Assembly (NCBI GenBank): GCA_964016885.1
Contig: OZ024742.1
Location: 199,888,001-199,952,000, forward strand
Reading direction: 5' to 3'
DNA length: 64,000 nucleotides
From: Eledone cirrhosa
Lineage: Eukaryota
Shown here piece after piece: positions 1 through 11,016 of the stretch. Both the position numbers and the translations under genes were made by a program. The notes beneath the pieces are model-generated. The model did no database searches, was not told the DNA's origin, and saw nothing but the letters and a program-made list of their open reading frames with translations. Numbering within the stretch: position 1 is the stretch's first letter; each line of letters opens with the position of its first letter.

Positions 1-653
1 TTATCGACCTGATGAAGTCAAAGTTGACTTCGGCGTGGCTTAAACTCAGTGCACAGAAAGCCTAAATGAATGCTGCGAAGCATTCCATCCTACATTCTAA
101 TGACTCGGCCAGTTTACCGTCTCTCAGTTTACAGTCTTCTACCAGGGGCTTGTGTCTTCTACTATAGTCTTGACATTTTATTTCAATCGTGTAAAGCTTT
201 AGAAAAATCTCCCCACCTTTGCTTCTTTTTTCTAAATCAACCAGCACCTCAATCCTGTCTTCCTCTTGTTAGAAATCCCTTTGGATTAGTGAACCTTTTC
301 TTTCAGTTTCTTGCCAGCATGTTACACTCTCAAAGCGAGAGAGTTGCTAGGATGTCGGATTAAAAATGCCTTGTTATTTGTCCTGCACAATGTCTTCAGA
401 GTTCACATCCGCCGATGCCAACTTTGTTTTTCATCATTTCGAGGTCGACAGATAAAGTACCAATCCAAATCCGGGATTAATTCTTCCTCTATTTATCTTT
501 ATTATTTTATTTTTTCTCTTTTGCTATCACACAATTTTGACCTGGAGAAGAGTGGGTTCAGCCAAGTTTGAAATGCTCAAGACATGCCATGAGTCAATAC
601 AGCGCCTCTATAACTGCACCAGGACTCACGGGCCCATACATACATACATACAT

Positions 654-713
654 GGTGGCTGCCAACTCGTTTTCGAGTACGGCCACTACTTTATATCCAT
701 GTAGGAGAACCCC
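654..713 (-). mobile_element. Very short 3'-end fragment of RTE-derived non-autonomous element A
   Basis: Matches the GGTGGCTGCCAACTCG end of full copies (e.g. 40783-41388); flanked by CATA repeats. Confidence 0.8.
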
Positions 714-830
714 ATATACATACATATACATACATACATATACATACATACATATACATACATATACATACATACATATACATACATACATACATACATA
801 CATACATACATACATACATACATACATACA

Positions 831-862
<32 letters not shown>

Positions 863-955
863 GTCATACGCACGTACCTACATACATACATACATACATA
901 TATGCATACATATGTACATGCATACATACATACATACATACATACATACATACAT

Positions 956-1250
956 GGTGGCTGCCAACTCGTTTTCGAGTACGGTCACTACTTTATATCC
1001 ATGTAGGAGAACCCCTACCGATGCGCTGAACGAGTGTGACTTTTTAGTCCAGCCAGCGACATGAAAACTCTGGTACAAAAACTACATTTGTGACAATAAT
1101 TGACACATAGTGCTGGGCCCATGGTACCATGTGACGACAAGTGCAGAGACCTCCAGATATAAAGCAATGCCTGTGCCGTAAAGCTTTTGCTGGTTTAGTC
1201 GGCGACGACCCGACCATGCACAGGTTGTACTGGGTTACATGTTACCAGTA
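956..1250 (-). mobile_element. Chimeric element: A 3' part (956-1188) fused to B 5' end (1187-1250)
   Basis: First ~230 bp match A; then TGCTGGTTTAGTCGGCGACG...GTTACCAGTAC identical to 2802-2865. Confidence 0.75.
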
Positions 1251-1325
1251 CATACATACATACATGCATACATACATACATACATACATACATACATACA
1301 TACATACATACATACATACATACAT

Positions 1326-1690
1326 GGTGGCTGCCAACTCGTTTTCGAGTATGGCCACTACTTTATATCCATGTAGGAGAACCCCTACCGATGCGCTGAA
1401 CGAGTGTGACTTTTTAGTCCAGCCAGCGACTTGAAAACTCTGGTACAAACACTACACTTGTGATAATTATTAACATATAGTGCTGGGCCCATGGTACCAT
1501 GTGACGACAAGTGCAGAGAGATCTCCAGATATAAAGCAATGCCTGTGCCGTGAAGCTTTTATAGTGAGCAAAGGCAGTGCACAAAGCCAGTCCCACTCTC
1601 TTAACCAAGATGATATTTACCAAAAAGAAGAACAAGTCAACATCATTGGATACCATCAGGGTTGCAGGTGTTATATCAGAGTTTTCCTTC
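1326..1690 (-). mobile_element. 5'-truncated element A
   Basis: Colinear with 53482-53846; both ends in (CATA)n. Confidence 0.85.
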
Positions 1691-1744
1691 ATACATACAT
1701 ACATACATACATACATACAAACATACATACATACATACATACAT

Positions 1745-2406
1745 ACAATAAATGTAGGCTATGTAAAACAAAGATCGAGGATGTAAGCCACATTGTTGCC
1801 AGCTGCGAAAGAATGTCATCTCGCTACTACCTCCCCATGAGACACGATGGGATAGCTAGAACTATCTGGAACGCACTTCGGAAAACAAAATTAACAACAA
1901 ACGAGGAAGAATATATTGAGACAGATGGCACTAAGGAATACTGGTGGAACCTGAAAATAAAAACTGCCACCAAATTAAAGCACAACCGGCCTGATATTGT
2001 AGTTTGGGACCACACATTGAAAACGTGTTCTGTTGTGGAGATTAGCTGCCCACTTGATGTAAATGTTGTCAGAAAAATACAGGAGAAGGAGGACATCTAC
2101 GGACCATTGATGAGGAGCTTACAAATCCAGTATCCAAGATACACCTTTAGCTTCATACCCATCATTATTGGTGCTACGGGTTATATACCAACCCGCTTGG
2201 ACCAAAGTATGACCGAACTTGGATTTGCGGACAAAAAGCGCAGCTCCCTAATTCATAGTCTACAAATGGCTGCGATAGCTGGCACCTTCAAAATATGCAA
2301 AACATTCTTGCGATTCAAGGGATGACAATTTCTTTTCTTTTACAACCTTGCCACCAGGAAGGTGGCCGGTCAAAAAAATATACTCAAAATTAAGAGAAAG
2401 AGAAAA
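1745..2406 (+). mobile_element. 5'-truncated R4/Dong-like LINE (CCHC knuckle + REL endonuclease + 3'UTR), copy X
   Basis: Identical to the last ~660 bp of 2948-6435; CRLC..HIVASC, RHD, RPDIVVWD, VEISCP motifs. Confidence 0.9.
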
Positions 2407-2417
2407 CATACATACAT

Positions 2418-2865
2418 GATGATCGCTGCAACTCGATTTCGAGTAATGTCATTGCATTGATACTTAAGCATGAGTATCACGGACTTGGCTTTGTAGTCCT
2501 GTTGGGGATTTGCTTATGGCCAGCAATGCCATGCATTGCAAAAATTGTCACATACCAAGCGATGCCTGTGCTTGAAGCTTTTTCAAGTGAGGAAAACTTT
2601 TGCACGGCGCCAATCTCACTCTCTGAACATTGAATGCATCAAACGAAGTCTCGGATTTTATATCAGAGTGACCTTCTCCTAGAGAGGTGTCTTAATGGAT
2701 GGCCGTTGACTCTGCTGAGACCGCCGCCCTTTGTCGGGTCTTGTTTTTCATCCCGCAGGGTATAAAAAATCACCCTTCTCACGAAGCAAGCTTGGTGGAA
2801 TTGCTGGTTTAGTCGGCGACGACCCGACCATGCACAGGTTGTACTGGGTTACATGTTACCAGTAC
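2418..2865 (-). mobile_element. RTE-derived non-autonomous element, subfamily B, copy 1
   Basis: Colinear homology to A (ACTCG-N4-CGAGT terminal hairpin, TATATCAGAG..CCTTCTCCTAG, GACCCGACCATG..GTTACCAGTA). Confidence 0.75.
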
Positions 2866-2918
2866 ATACATACATGCATACATACATACATACATACATA
2901 CATACATACATACATACA

Positions 2919-2947
<29 letters not shown>

Positions 2948-2949
<2 letters not shown>

Positions 2950-5900
2950 GAACCCCAAAAGTTCGGTTTTATGCAAAGGCTAAAAACTTTATGGAACTCC
3001 AAACACCCAGAATTAGACTTTTCTCCAAAGCATTTAAATGAACAGGCAAAACGTATCATTAGATGTAAATTGATACATCTAACGGAATCGAGTGATACTA
3101 CAAATACAGCCCTTGTAGACAACCACCCCACCTCCACTGACAGACAAAGGGAATGGCCAGCTAAATCTAACAGTGAACAGCTCACCAACAATTTTGCTGA
3201 AATTCATCCCACTTCCACTGAAGAACAGCGAGAAAGGTCAGCTGACTCTAGTAGTAATTGTCACCACATCAGCAACGAGGCTGAAATTCATGACTCTACT
3301 GAACAAACAGAGCACCAAAAACTTGTGGGCTCCCTACAAGTGATATGGAATGATATGTTTCAAGAGATACACAGCCTTAATGTGAGTGACAGACCATACA
3401 ACACTAGAGTCAGTAAAGAACCCACTAAATTGGAATTGGAAGCGGTGAACGAAATAGCTGGCAATTATCTGAAGGCTATACGATCTAAAGGTGTAGAAAC
3501 GACATTTGAAACGCTTAATGTTTTGTTATATGTTTCAGCTGTCACATTGCTAGCATATAACACACATCTAAAACCACGCAATCAAGATACAAACAGAAAG
3601 CCTGAACCAGCGTGGATGCGAAATTTAAAAACCAAAATTTTGTCCCTGAGACGAAGTATCTCACACATCGCAGTCGTTATGAAATGCAACATAGAGAGCA
3701 ACTTCACACAACACCAGGAAGACCTAAAGAAAAAGTTAGAGAGAAGATTTGGAGATACAAAATTTAAAACTTTGAACTCCAAATTACACCAGTTGAAACA
3801 ACAACTCACAGCTACAACAGAAAGACTAAAATATAAGTCAACAGCACATAAACGACAAGTGCTAAATAGATTGTTTGCCAGAGATCCTAAATCAGTTTAT
3901 CGCAGCTTCGGTGGCAAAAGCTCAATCTCTGTAAATGACACCCCTTCAAAAGAACAGGTTGAGAGCTACTGGAGATCTGTATGGGAAACGGATGACGGAT
4001 TCAACAGACAAGCTAATTGGCTAAAAGAACTGGAACAGGACTACTGCCAACATGTCCAGACAAAACAATATGACATAGATGGGTCAATACTGGAAACAGC
4101 TCTACAGAAAATGTCGAATAGGAAATCGCCAGGCCCAGACCTCATTACAGGATACTGGTTGAAGAATTTCACTTTCTATCGGCAAGATCTCATACGGCTG
4201 TTTACAGAAACCATTAAGGGCACACAAGAACTGCCCAGATGGTTATCAACTGCCTCTACTCTCCTCATTCCCAAAAATAGCCAAACCACCCTTGCTAAAA
4301 ATTACCGCCCAATTGCCTGCCAAAACATCATGTATAAATTATATACTGGGTGCCTTAACCTGTTCTTACAGGATCACTGTGCTACCAACAACATCATAAC
4401 ACCTGAGCAAGCTGGTGGAAAGAGGGAGGTGTGGGGTTGCATAGATCACCTACTAACTAACAAAATGATTCAGGAAAAAACAACAAAGAATCGCAGAAAC
4501 ATGACTGTCGTGTGGCTGGACTATCAAAAAACATTTGATAGTGTACCTCATGGGTGGATTGTTAAGGCTTTACAGTTAGCTAAAGTCCCACAACCATTGG
4601 TAGCTGCTGTTGAACGCCTGACCAAGAACTGGTACACCAGTTTGATCCTTAGAGGTGAGAAGGAGCAGGTTAAGACTGATAAGATACATTACCAGAAGGG
4701 CATCTTTCAGGGTGATAGCTTGTCAGTGCTACTCTTCGTTCTCTCACTGAATCCACTATCTTACCTACTCAGGAAACAAGGTCGACAAAGAAGTGGGACC
4801 AGAAGTATCTCCCATCTTTTCTTTGTTGATGACCTGAAGTTGTATGGGCCAAATATCAATGACATCAAGAAACAATTGGACCTCATTACACAATTTTCAA
4901 CCGACATCAAAATGAAATTTGGTGAGTCCAAGTGTGCATATTTGGCAGTAAAACGTGGAAGAGCTGTGCCCTCCTCTAGAAATCTAGAGATGAACGGCCT
5001 GACAATACAACCTCTGCAATCAGGTGACAACTACAGATATCTTGGACAGGATGAGAATGTCAGATATGATGGACCCATAAATAAGGAGAGAACCAGAACT
5101 GAATACCTCAGAAGAGTAAAGAAAATATGGTCATCAGAACTGTCAGCATACAACAAATACATTGCCCACAATACTTATGCTGTGCCAATTCTAACGCCAA
5201 CATTTGGCCTACTGAACTGGTCATTGCAAGAACTAAGTGAGATGGATGCTAGAACTCGAAAACTTCTCAGTGTTACTGGGAACTTTAACATCAATGGTGA
5301 TGTGGATAGGCTATACTTCTCACGCAAGGAAGGTGGCCGGGGTCTAAAATCAATATTAACAACATATGAGACCCGGATAGTGACACTGAAGCAACACCTT
5401 CAACAGAGGAAAAAGGTTGGCAACCATCTTGCCCAGGTTTATGACCATGAAAAAAGAAATATCATTAGAATAGCGACTGATCTGGAGGAGAGATATGGAA
5501 TAAAGCCCGATATAAATCTCTCACCCAGAGAAATCGGAAGATCCTATTCAATGTTCAAACAAGAAAAAAAAATTGACCAATTTACAGAAAAAGTTGTGCA
5601 TGGATACTTGAGGCGTAAAACACAGACCATAGAGGGGATAAACCACTCAAAAAGCCTGGCATGGAGTTCCGACAAGTTTATGACATCACACCTTGAGGGA
5701 TATCTCTATGCAATACAGGAACAAGAACTCCCTACCAAATATCTGCTGCACAAAAGGGGAGGGCCAGCAGCTGACAATAAATGTAGGCTATGTAAAACAA
5801 AGATCGAGGATGTAAGCCACATTGTTGCCAGCTGCGAAAGAATGTCATCTCGCTACTACCTCCCCATGAGACACGATGGGATAGCTAGAACTATCTGGAA

Positions 5901-6435
5901 CGCACTTCGGAAAACAAAATTAACAACAAACGAGGAAGAATATATTGAGACAGATGGCACTAAGGAATACTGGTGGAACCTGAAAATAAAAACTGCCACC
6001 AAATTAAAGCACAACCGGCCTGATATTGTAGTTTGGGACCACACATTGAAAACGTGTTCTGTTGTGGAGATTAGCTGCCCACTTGATGTAAATGTTGTCA
6101 GAAAAATACAGGAGAAGGAGGACATCTACGGACCATTGATGAGGAGCTTACAAATCCAGTATCCAAGATACACCTTTAGCTTCATACCCATCATTATTGG
6201 TGCTACGGGTTATATACCAACCCGCTTGGACCAAAGTATGACCGAACTTGGATTTGCGGACAAAAAGCGCAGCTCCCTAATTCATAGTCTACAAATGGCT
6301 GCGATAGCTGGCACCTTCAAAATATGCAAAACATTCTTGCGATTCAAGGGATGACAATTTCTTTTCTTTTACAACCTTGCCACCAGGAAGGTGGCCGGTC
6401 AAAAAAATATACTCAAAATTAAGAGAAAGAGAAAA
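2948..6435 (+). mobile_element. R4/Dong-clade non-LTR retrotransposon in (CATA)n, array copy 1
   Basis: Single long RT+REL ORF, ~80-nt 3'UTR with GCCACC/GGTGGC hairpin, CATA repeats at both ends. Confidence 0.9.
2971..6354 (+). CDS. Reverse transcriptase / restriction-like endonuclease protein, 1127 aa, intact
   Basis: Partial Myb-like N-terminus (FMQRLKTLW..HP), KSPGPD, NYRPI, WLDYQKTFDSVPH, QGDSLS, FVDD, EGGRGL, CCHC, RHD, PD..E. Confidence 0.92.
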   Translation: MQRLKTLWNSKHPELDFSPKHLNEQAKRIIRCKLIHLTESSDTTNTALVDNHPTSTDRQREWPAKSNSEQLTNNFAEIHPTSTEEQRERSADSSSNCHHISNEAEIHDSTEQTEHQKLVGSLQVIWNDMFQEIHSLNVSDRPYNTRVSKEPTKLELEAVNEIAGNYLKAIRSKGVETTFETLNVLLYVSAVTLLAYNTHLKPRNQDTNRKPEPAWMRNLKTKILSLRRSISHIAVVMKCNIESNFTQHQEDLKKKLERRFGDTKFKTLNSKLHQLKQQLTATTERLKYKSTAHKRQVLNRLFARDPKSVYRSFGGKSSISVNDTPSKEQVESYWRSVWETDDGFNRQANWLKELEQDYCQHVQTKQYDIDGSILETALQKMSNRKSPGPDLITGYWLKNFTFYRQDLIRLFTETIKGTQELPRWLSTASTLLIPKNSQTTLAKNYRPIACQNIMYKLYTGCLNLFLQDHCATNNIITPEQAGGKREVWGCIDHLLTNKMIQEKTTKNRRNMTVVWLDYQKTFDSVPHGWIVKALQLAKVPQPLVAAVERLTKNWYTSLILRGEKEQVKTDKIHYQKGIFQGDSLSVLLFVLSLNPLSYLLRKQGRQRSGTRSISHLFFVDDLKLYGPNINDIKKQLDLITQFSTDIKMKFGESKCAYLAVKRGRAVPSSRNLEMNGLTIQPLQSGDNYRYLGQDENVRYDGPINKERTRTEYLRRVKKIWSSELSAYNKYIAHNTYAVPILTPTFGLLNWSLQELSEMDARTRKLLSVTGNFNINGDVDRLYFSRKEGGRGLKSILTTYETRIVTLKQHLQQRKKVGNHLAQVYDHEKRNIIRIATDLEERYGIKPDINLSPREIGRSYSMFKQEKKIDQFTEKVVHGYLRRKTQTIEGINHSKSLAWSSDKFMTSHLEGYLYAIQEQELPTKYLLHKRGGPAADNKCRLCKTKIEDVSHIVASCERMSSRYYLPMRHDGIARTIWNALRKTKLTTNEEEYIETDGTKEYWWNLKIKTATKLKHNRPDIVVWDHTLKTCSVVEISCPLDVNVVRKIQEKEDIYGPLMRSLQIQYPRYTFSFIPIIIGATGYIPTRLDQSMTELGFADKKRSSLIHSLQMAAIAGTFKICKTFLRFKG

Positions 6436-6446
6436 CATACATACAT

Positions 6447-6894
6447 GATGATCGCTGCAACTCGATTTCGAGTAATGTCATTGCATTGATACTTAAGCAT
6501 GAGTATCACGGACTTGGCTTTGTAGTCCTGTTGGGGATTTGCTTATGGCCAGCAATGCCATGCATTGCAAAAATTGTCACATACCAAGCGATGCCTGTGC
6601 TTGAAGCTTTTTCAAGTGAGGAAAACTTTTGCACGGCGCCAATCTCACTCTCTGAACATTGAATGCATCAAACGAAGTCTCGGATTTTATATCAGAGTGA
6701 CCTTCTCCTAGAGAGGTGTCTTAATGGATGGCCGTTGACTCTGCTGAGACCGCCGCCCTTTGTCGGGTCTTGTTTTTCATCCCGCAGGGTATAAAAAATC
6801 ACCCTTCTCACGAAGCAAGCTTGGTGGAATTGCTGGTTTAGTCGGCGACGACCCGACCATGCACAGGTTGTACTGGGTTACATGTTACCAGTAC
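6447..6894 (-). mobile_element. Element B copy 2
   Basis: Identical to 2418-2865. Confidence 0.75.
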
Positions 6895-6943
6895 ATACAT
6901 ACATGCATACATACATACATACATACATACATACATACATACA

Positions 6944-6974
<31 letters not shown>

Positions 6975-6995
6975 GAACCCCAAAAGTTCGGTTTT

Positions 6996-9900
6996 ATGCA
7001 AAGGCTAAAAACTTTATGGAACTCCAAACACCCAGAATTAGACTTTTCTCCAAAGCATTTAAATGAACAGGCAAAACGTATCATTAGATGTAAATTGATA
7101 CATCTAACGGAATCGAGTGATACTACAAATACAGCCCTTGTAGACAACCACCCCACCTCCACTGACAGACAAAGGGAATGGCCAGCTAAATCTAACAGTG
7201 AACAGCTCACCAACAATTTTGCTGAAATTCATCCCACTTCCACTGAAGAACAGCGAGAAAGGTCAGCTGACTCTAGTAGTAATTGTCACCACATCAGCAA
7301 CGAGGCTGAAATTCATGACTCTACTGAACAAACAGAGCACCAAAAACTTGTGGGCTCCCTACAAGTGATATGGAATGATATGTTTCAAGAGATACACAGC
7401 CTTAATGTGAGTGACAGACCATACAACACTAGAGTCAGTAAAGAACCCACTAAATTGGAATTGGAAGCGGTGAACGAAATAGCTGGCAATTATCTGAAGG
7501 CTATACGATCTAAAGGTGTAGAAACGACATTTGAAACGCTTAATGTTTTGTTATATGTTTCAGCTGTCACATTGCTAGCATATAACACACATCTAAAACC
7601 ACGCAATCAAGATACAAACAGAAAGCCTGAACCAGCGTGGATGCGAAATTTAAAAACCAAAATTTTGTCCCTGAGACGAAGTATCTCACACATCGCAGTC
7701 GTTATGAAATGCAACATAGAGAGCAACTTCACACAACACCAGGAAGACCTAAAGAAAAAGTTAGAGAGAAGATTTGGAGATACAAAATTTAAAACTTTGA
7801 ACTCCAAATTACACCAGTTGAAACAACAACTCACAGCTACAACAGAAAGACTAAAATATAAGTCAACAGCACATAAACGACAAGTGCTAAATAGATTGTT
7901 TGCCAGAGATCCTAAATCAGTTTATCGCAGCTTCGGTGGCAAAAGCTCAATCTCTGTAAATGACACCCCTTCAAAAGAACAGGTTGAGAGCTACTGGAGA
8001 TCTGTATGGGAAACGGATGACGGATTCAACAGACAAGCTAATTGGCTAAAAGAACTGGAACAGGACTACTGCCAACATGTCCAGACAAAACAATATGACA
8101 TAGATGGGTCAATACTGGAAACAGCTCTACAGAAAATGTCGAATAGGAAATCGCCAGGCCCAGACCTCATTACAGGATACTGGTTGAAGAATTTCACTTT
8201 CTATCGGCAAGATCTCATACGGCTGTTTACAGAAACCATTAAGGGCACACAAGAACTGCCCAGATGGTTATCAACTGCCTCTACTCTCCTCATTCCCAAA
8301 AATAGCCAAACCACCCTTGCTAAAAATTACCGCCCAATTGCCTGCCAAAACATCATGTATAAATTATATACTGGGTGCCTTAACCTGTTCTTACAGGATC
8401 ACTGTGCTACCAACAACATCATAACACCTGAGCAAGCTGGTGGAAAGAGGGAGGTGTGGGGTTGCATAGATCACCTACTAACTAACAAAATGATTCAGGA
8501 AAAAACAACAAAGAATCGCAGAAACATGACTGTCGTGTGGCTGGACTATCAAAAAACATTTGATAGTGTACCTCATGGGTGGATTGTTAAGGCTTTACAG
8601 TTAGCTAAAGTCCCACAACCATTGGTAGCTGCTGTTGAACGCCTGACCAAGAACTGGTACACCAGTTTGATCCTTAGAGGTGAGAAGGAGCAGGTTAAGA
8701 CTGATAAGATACATTACCAGAAGGGCATCTTTCAGGGTGATAGCTTGTCAGTGCTACTCTTCGTTCTCTCACTGAATCCACTATCTTACCTACTCAGGAA
8801 ACAAGGTCGACAAAGAAGTGGGACCAGAAGTATCTCCCATCTTTTCTTTGTTGATGACCTGAAGTTGTATGGGCCAAATATCAATGACATCAAGAAACAA
8901 TTGGACCTCATTACACAATTTTCAACCGACATCAAAATGAAATTTGGTGAGTCCAAGTGTGCATATTTGGCAGTAAAACGTGGAAGAGCTGTGCCCTCCT
9001 CTAGAAATCTAGAGATGAACGGCCTGACAATACAACCTCTGCAATCAGGTGACAACTACAGATATCTTGGACAGGATGAGAATGTCAGATATGATGGACC
9101 CATAAATAAGGAGAGAACCAGAACTGAATACCTCAGAAGAGTAAAGAAAATATGGTCATCAGAACTGTCAGCATACAACAAATACATTGCCCACAATACT
9201 TATGCTGTGCCAATTCTAACGCCAACATTTGGCCTACTGAACTGGTCATTGCAAGAACTAAGTGAGATGGATGCTAGAACTCGAAAACTTCTCAGTGTTA
9301 CTGGGAACTTTAACATCAATGGTGATGTGGATAGGCTATACTTCTCACGCAAGGAAGGTGGCCGGGGTCTAAAATCAATATTAACAACATATGAGACCCG
9401 GATAGTGACACTGAAGCAACACCTTCAACAGAGGAAAAAGGTTGGCAACCATCTTGCCCAGGTTTATGACCATGAAAAAAGAAATATCATTAGAATAGCG
9501 ACTGATCTGGAGGAGAGATATGGAATAAAGCCCGATATAAATCTCTCACCCAGAGAAATCGGAAGATCCTATTCAATGTTCAAACAAGAAAAAAAAATTG
9601 ACCAATTTACAGAAAAAGTTGTGCATGGATACTTGAGGCGTAAAACACAGACCATAGAGGGGATAAACCACTCAAAAAGCCTGGCATGGAGTTCCGACAA
9701 GTTTATGACATCACACCTTGAGGGATATCTCTATGCAATACAGGAACAAGAACTCCCTACCAAATATCTGCTGCACAAAAGGGGAGGGCCAGCAGCTGAC
9801 AATAAATGTAGGCTATGTAAAACAAAGATCGAGGATGTAAGCCACATTGTTGCCAGCTGCGAAAGAATGTCATCTCGCTACTACCTCCCCATGAGACACG

Positions 9901-10379
9901 ATGGGATAGCTAGAACTATCTGGAACGCACTTCGGAAAACAAAATTAACAACAAACGAGGAAGAATATATTGAGACAGATGGCACTAAGGAATACTGGTG
10001 GAACCTGAAAATAAAAACTGCCACCAAATTAAAGCACAACCGGCCTGATATTGTAGTTTGGGACCACACATTGAAAACGTGTTCTGTTGTGGAGATTAGC
10101 TGCCCACTTGATGTAAATGTTGTCAGAAAAATACAGGAGAAGGAGGACATCTACGGACCATTGATGAGGAGCTTACAAATCCAGTATCCAAGATACACCT
10201 TTAGCTTCATACCCATCATTATTGGTGCTACGGGTTATATACCAACCCGCTTGGACCAAAGTATGACCGAACTTGGATTTGCGGACAAAAAGCGCAGCTC
10301 CCTAATTCATAGTCTACAAATGGCTGCGATAGCTGGCACCTTCAAAATATGCAAAACATTCTTGCGATTCAAGGGATGA
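6996..10379 (+). CDS. R4/Dong-like RT/REL protein, array copy 2 (element ~6973-10460)
   Basis: Same translation as copy 1. Confidence 0.92.
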   Translation: MQRLKTLWNSKHPELDFSPKHLNEQAKRIIRCKLIHLTESSDTTNTALVDNHPTSTDRQREWPAKSNSEQLTNNFAEIHPTSTEEQRERSADSSSNCHHISNEAEIHDSTEQTEHQKLVGSLQVIWNDMFQEIHSLNVSDRPYNTRVSKEPTKLELEAVNEIAGNYLKAIRSKGVETTFETLNVLLYVSAVTLLAYNTHLKPRNQDTNRKPEPAWMRNLKTKILSLRRSISHIAVVMKCNIESNFTQHQEDLKKKLERRFGDTKFKTLNSKLHQLKQQLTATTERLKYKSTAHKRQVLNRLFARDPKSVYRSFGGKSSISVNDTPSKEQVESYWRSVWETDDGFNRQANWLKELEQDYCQHVQTKQYDIDGSILETALQKMSNRKSPGPDLITGYWLKNFTFYRQDLIRLFTETIKGTQELPRWLSTASTLLIPKNSQTTLAKNYRPIACQNIMYKLYTGCLNLFLQDHCATNNIITPEQAGGKREVWGCIDHLLTNKMIQEKTTKNRRNMTVVWLDYQKTFDSVPHGWIVKALQLAKVPQPLVAAVERLTKNWYTSLILRGEKEQVKTDKIHYQKGIFQGDSLSVLLFVLSLNPLSYLLRKQGRQRSGTRSISHLFFVDDLKLYGPNINDIKKQLDLITQFSTDIKMKFGESKCAYLAVKRGRAVPSSRNLEMNGLTIQPLQSGDNYRYLGQDENVRYDGPINKERTRTEYLRRVKKIWSSELSAYNKYIAHNTYAVPILTPTFGLLNWSLQELSEMDARTRKLLSVTGNFNINGDVDRLYFSRKEGGRGLKSILTTYETRIVTLKQHLQQRKKVGNHLAQVYDHEKRNIIRIATDLEERYGIKPDINLSPREIGRSYSMFKQEKKIDQFTEKVVHGYLRRKTQTIEGINHSKSLAWSSDKFMTSHLEGYLYAIQEQELPTKYLLHKRGGPAADNKCRLCKTKIEDVSHIVASCERMSSRYYLPMRHDGIARTIWNALRKTKLTTNEEEYIETDGTKEYWWNLKIKTATKLKHNRPDIVVWDHTLKTCSVVEISCPLDVNVVRKIQEKEDIYGPLMRSLQIQYPRYTFSFIPIIIGATGYIPTRLDQSMTELGFADKKRSSLIHSLQMAAIAGTFKICKTFLRFKG

Positions 10380-10471
10380 CAATTTCTTTTCTTTTACAAC
10401 CTTGCCACCAGGAAGGTGGCCGGTCAAAAAAATATACTCAAAATTAAGAGAAAGAGAAAACATACATACAT

Positions 10472-10919
10472 GATGATCGCTGCAACTCGATTTCGAGTAA
10501 TGTCATTGCATTGATACTTAAGCATGAGTATCACGGACTTGGCTTTGTAGTCCTGTTGGGGATTTGCTTATGGCCAGCAATGCCATGCATTGCAAAAATT
10601 GTCACATACCAAGCGATGCCTGTGCTTGAAGCTTTTTCAAGTGAGGAAAACTTTTGCACGGCGCCAATCTCACTCTCTGAACATTGAATGCATCAAACGA
10701 AGTCTCGGATTTTATATCAGAGTGACCTTCTCCTAGAGAGGTGTCTTAATGGATGGCCGTTGACTCTGCTGAGACCGCCGCCCTTTGTCGGGTCTTGTTT
10801 TTCATCCCGCAGGGTATAAAAAATCACCCTTCTCACGAAGCAAGCTTGGTGGAATTGCTGGTTTAGTCGGCGACGACCCGACCATGCACAGGTTGTACTG
10901 GGTTACATGTTACCAGTAC
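10472..10919 (-). mobile_element. Element B copy 3
   Basis: Identical to 2418-2865. Confidence 0.75.
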
Positions 10920-10964
10920 ATACATACATGCATACATACATACATACATACATACATACATACA

Positions 10965-10995
<31 letters not shown>

Positions 10996-11016
10996 GAACC
11001 CCAAAAGTTCGGTTTT

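Noticed and set aside
568-1448. HTYI, YVCM and YIYI ORFs here and throughout the window
   Set aside because: Translations of (CATA)n, (TA)n and (CA)n microsatellites.
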